Below, in pieces: positions 43,509 through 46,601 of a DNA stretch of 46,601 nucleotides. Below the pieces are notes generated by a model, which saw only the letters and a program-made list of their open reading frames with translations, did not search any database and had not been told where the DNA came from. The stretch is from assembly GCA_046882025.1 (NCBI GenBank), contig JBKSNB010000086.1:1-46601 (forward strand). Reading direction: 5' to 3'. This stretch comes from Alphaproteobacteria bacterium. GTDB taxonomy: Bacteria > Pseudomonadota > Alphaproteobacteria > Rs-D84. The position numbers and the translations under genes are program-made. Each line of letters opens with the position of its first letter. The first letter of the stretch is position 1.

Positions 43509-43521
43509 TTATCGCATAGGG

Positions 43522-45801
43522 ATGAAAAGGATTTTTTATTTTGTTGTAATGACGTTTGTGTGCATCTGCGGTTGCGATGCGGCTGTTCGTGTTGCGACAT
43601 CTGGCCCCACCAGACAAACAGTTTCATCCAGACAATCCCCAACCACAAACACACGCACAGTTCGGGCCACAACCCCCAGGGTTGCATCCCGACAAACAAA
43701 CAATGTTTCCAGGGTCGCCACCGCAACCATTCAACGCGTTTCAAATCAAACATCACGTCGGACAACGAATGCACGTTCTGGGACTTCGCGCACCGCCACA
43801 AACATTGCGACCCAAACATTTGATTCTGGATATAACGTATGTCGTGATGCGTATTTTACATGCATGGATCAATTCTGCGCACAACAGAATGATTCCTATC
43901 GCAGATGCGTATGCTCATCCCGGTTAAGCGAAATTCAATCACGCGAACGCTCTTTGTCTGAGGCATCAGATTCCCTGGCAACATTCAAAGATTTGAACAT
44001 CGACATCATCCCCAAAACAAGTGCAGAGGTAAAGGCAATGTTAACCGCATCTGCAGGCGAACATGCGTCAAAAAAAGACACATCTGATGCCAGCAAACAA
44101 TTAAACGGTATCAGTGCAATATTGGCAAAAACAAAATCACAATCTTTGTCAACAAATGGAACTATTGATATTGGCGGCAACATAAATTCTATATGGGCAA
44201 ATACTGATTTAGCATCTGGGGTAAATATTGCAAATTTATCTGGTGAACAATTATACAATGCCGTTAATGCACAGTGTGCCGAATTTGTAAGCGAAAAATG
44301 TCCATCTGCATCCATCAAAAACATGGTTATATCTGCATACGGCATGTACATAGAAAACGATTGTGCATTATTAATATCTGCATTGGACAAAAAACACAAC
44401 CTGGCGAACAGCGAAATTCGTGCGACCGAACACGAAATGGATAATGCACGACTTGAAAATTACAACGCACATAATTCTACATCTATAAATGATTGCCTTG
44501 CAAATGTGCGCGCCGATATAACATCTGATTCTGCGTGCGGTACCGATTATGTGCATTGCTTAGATGTGACGGGACTATATCTGAACAAATTGACCGGCGA
44601 ACCGATATACACCGCAAATTTTTATCAACTAGAAATGCAAATATCACTATCTGATGACATATTAACAAACAAGAACAATCAATTACTGGTGGCTGAATTA
44701 AACGGGAAACGCAAATTTGCAGAAAAATCATTGGAAACTTGTCGTGATTTATCAGATGATGTATGGAATGAATTTATGCGCCAGGCAATTACAGAAATCT
44801 ATCAAACGCAACAATATAAAATTCGCCAGGTAAAAGATGAATGTTTAGACGTGGTTAACACTTGTTACGATGAAAAAACAAATTCGCTGCGTGATTTTAG
44901 TAACATAGACGCAAATTTGCTAATTGGTTCATCCCTGGAATTAGCCGAAGAAATGTGCCAGGAAAAATTGAACACATGTAGTAACCTGTATGGTCAAGGC
45001 GCAGAAGGGATGCGAGAATTATTAACAGCCATGCACGAAATCACCGATCAAAAAATTGCTGCCAGTTGTAAAACAAATCTAGAATCTTATGTAAAAAAGA
45101 TGTGCGCTGTTCCTAGTATCGATACAATTCATTCTTATCCATATGCGTGTCGTGTTTATACACCAGGCGAACAAAGATTTGCCCGAATTGAAGCGTGCAA
45201 CATCCAGACCAAATCGAACCAAACATCCGACGATGAAGACCCAGATTCAGAAGCTTCTGATAATATCGACGGTTGTCCAATTGAATACACTACATGCTTT
45301 GATGGATATTATTTGAAAAATAAAAACTGTTTCATGTGTCCAACCAGATGCGCAACCTGTCAATACAACGACACCAACAATAAAGTTACATGTAATACGT
45401 GTGCCGACAACCAGGAAACAACCGACACAGATTGCAAAGCGGTAACACCAGAATCAACAAACGCATGTCCAGACAACGGAATGTATATTGGCAGTTTGTA
45501 TCAAAAATTGGTCAGATATGCACTGCAGGTTTGTGTTCGCCCATCAGCCACAAATAAAAACACTGTACCAGAAACCATCCTGCAAGACATTAGCACGGTT
45601 ATGCAATCTGTAACCGTTGACATGGGCAAAGAACTGGCCAGAGAATGTGAACGTTTAGATGGCATTTGGATATCTACACCAGATTCATCCAAAAAAACAG
45701 ATAAATTGCAAAAAACATTTTATAACGATACAGATTCTAACAAACAATGGGGATACTGCATAGAAGTAGAAGAACAAAACAATAATCAAACAAACGAATA
45801 A
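43522..45801 (+). CDS. giant secreted cysteine-rich protein, CMDxFC-motif family (member 4, 759 aa)
   Basis: Signal peptide MKRIFYFVVMTFVCICGCDA. Arg/Thr/Ser-rich tract (aa 21-97). Motif VCRDAYFTCMDQFCAQQNDSYRRCVCS. Furin-like CXXC segment near the C-terminus (CFDGYYLKNKNCFMCPTRCATCQ). Confidence 0.8.
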   Translation: MKRIFYFVVMTFVCICGCDAAVRVATSGPTRQTVSSRQSPTTNTRTVRATTPRVASRQTNNVSRVATATIQRVSNQTSRRTTNARSGTSRTATNIATQTFDSGYNVCRDAYFTCMDQFCAQQNDSYRRCVCSSRLSEIQSRERSLSEASDSLATFKDLNIDIIPKTSAEVKAMLTASAGEHASKKDTSDASKQLNGISAILAKTKSQSLSTNGTIDIGGNINSIWANTDLASGVNIANLSGEQLYNAVNAQCAEFVSEKCPSASIKNMVISAYGMYIENDCALLISALDKKHNLANSEIRATEHEMDNARLENYNAHNSTSINDCLANVRADITSDSACGTDYVHCLDVTGLYLNKLTGEPIYTANFYQLEMQISLSDDILTNKNNQLLVAELNGKRKFAEKSLETCRDLSDDVWNEFMRQAITEIYQTQQYKIRQVKDECLDVVNTCYDEKTNSLRDFSNIDANLLIGSSLELAEEMCQEKLNTCSNLYGQGAEGMRELLTAMHEITDQKIAASCKTNLESYVKKMCAVPSIDTIHSYPYACRVYTPGEQRFARIEACNIQTKSNQTSDDEDPDSEASDNIDGCPIEYTTCFDGYYLKNKNCFMCPTRCATCQYNDTNNKVTCNTCADNQETTDTDCKAVTPESTNACPDNGMYIGSLYQKLVRYALQVCVRPSATNKNTVPETILQDISTVMQSVTVDMGKELARECERLDGIWISTPDSSKKTDKLQKTFYNDTDSNKQWGYCIEVEEQNNNQTNE

Positions 45802-45852
45802 AACAAATACAATTGCAACAAGTGTTATTTTTTGATAAAATGTAGGTACATT

Positions 45853-46601
45853 ATGAATATAACAAAAACATCTTTATTGCTTATATGTGGCATGGCATTT
45901 TGTGCACCTGCCCTGTCGGCATCCAGTATCATTGTATTAAACGGGGGCGACTGGTGGAAACGAATCGGTCCGTCTGTATGCCGTATTAACAATCAAACCT
46001 GTTATCCTAAAATGGCGAGCAACGCATACTGTTCATCAATCGGCAACCCAGAATGTTGGGATGCAGACGCAAATTGTTGGGGTAAAAAATACATTTGTGA
46101 AAATGCATTAAAATCTGGTGTCTCAAACAATTTGTTAACCAAAGCAGAAATAGCATCTGCAACATTGATAAGCGGTGATTTTGATATAAATATCGAATCG
46201 GAATCTGAACGTTGTTTTGGTGTTCGTAAAACATATGACAATGGCGCAGCTGCCACCGTAAACGGCAAAAAGGTCAAGGTTTGGTGTAATAATGTTCCAC
46301 TGGAAAGTAATGATATTGAAATCATAAAGACGGGGCAAATTATTTTGACTGGCACACAACCAACATGTGGCACACTGTCCGAAAATGGATTTGCCGCAGT
46401 TCAGAATGGTTCATGCTGGGGTAAAGAATACAGCAAAAATTTCAAGAATAGCGATTACTATATAGATTGTAAATCCGGTCAATTGGAACCGTACCGTATT
46501 ATTGATATCAATGGTGCCCGGGATTATGACAAAAACGCCAATGCAGAATCTGATACATATGAAAAAATAAAAAACAAATTTCAAACCATGTTGAAAACAT
46601 C
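45853..46601 (+). CDS. secreted cysteine-rich hypothetical protein (5' partial view, runs off the window)
   Basis: Absent from the ORF track because no stop is reached. My manual translation from ATG 45853 stays open to 46601. Signal peptide MNITKTSLLLICGMAFCAPALSA, then Cys-rich sequence (CRINNQTCYP...CSSIGNPECWDADANCWGKKYIC). Confidence 0.6.
   Translation, partial: MNITKTSLLLICGMAFCAPALSASSIIVLNGGDWWKRIGPSVCRINNQTCYPKMASNAYCSSIGNPECWDADANCWGKKYICENALKSGVSNNLLTKAEIASATLISGDFDINIESESERCFGVRKTYDNGAAATVNGKKVKVWCNNVPLESNDIEIIKTGQIILTGTQPTCGTLSENGFAAVQNGSCWGKEYSKNFKNSDYYIDCKSGQLEPYRIIDINGARDYDKNANAESDTYEKIKNKFQTMLKT

Noticed and set aside
46002-46373. 123-aa ORF on the minus strand near the window end.
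   Set aside because: It is antisense to an open-ended + strand reading frame (45853 to the window end) that has a clear signal peptide and a Cys-rich mature region.
1-46601. A search by eye for CRISPR arrays, IS elements or transposases, integrases, prophage genes, toxin-antitoxin pairs, rRNA genes and restriction-modification genes.
   Set aside because: I saw no regularly spaced direct repeats with unique spacers. No DDE, serine or tyrosine recombinase-like ORFs, phage structural genes or rRNA-like sequences were evident. The only repeats seen are the coding tandem repeats, the shared terminator hairpins and the palindrome at 37751-37846.

Overview
This is an AT-rich, very gene-dense chromosomal window with no IS element, prophage or CRISPR array. 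The backbone is ordinary Gram-negative housekeeping: an OmpA-family lipoprotein, lptC-lptB, carD/cdnL, bamE, a 1164-aa pyruvate:ferredoxin oxidoreductase (PFOR), an EnvC-like M23 protein, ctpA, tyrS, rpsB-tsf, pth, polA, recO, rpsF-rpsR-rplI, infA and one tRNA. The EF-Ts, S2, CarD and EnvC/Ctp sequences look alphaproteobacterial. PFOR suggests an anaerobic, probably host-associated, small-genome lineage (inference only). The unusual part is at least nine signal-peptide-bearing, cysteine-rich exported proteins that I cannot assign to any family. Four of them are paralogues of 861, 822, 719 and 759 aa (22827-25412, 38397-40865, 40888-43047, 43522-45801). These four share a basic Arg/Thr/Ser-rich tract followed by a conserved CxDAYxxCMDxFC...CxCS motif. 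Two others (25463-27250, 32307-33698) are built from eukaryote-like CXXC/furin-like tandem modules. A membrane-anchored DsbA-like oxidoreductase, an S8 subtilase with a barrel-like C-terminus and a three-gene outer-membrane operon lie among them. Other oddities are a tRNA-Leu with an A34 (AAG) anticodon and an orphan MotA/ExbB-like plus coiled-coil MotB/OmpA-like pair. There is also a ~100-bp palindromic element bracketed by duplicated terminator hairpins, and an APH-like kinase wedged between the EnvC-like gene and ctpA. Finally, two unrelated genes carry an almost identical leaderless-type promoter/start block. All calls come from reading the sequence and the ORF track; no database search was run.
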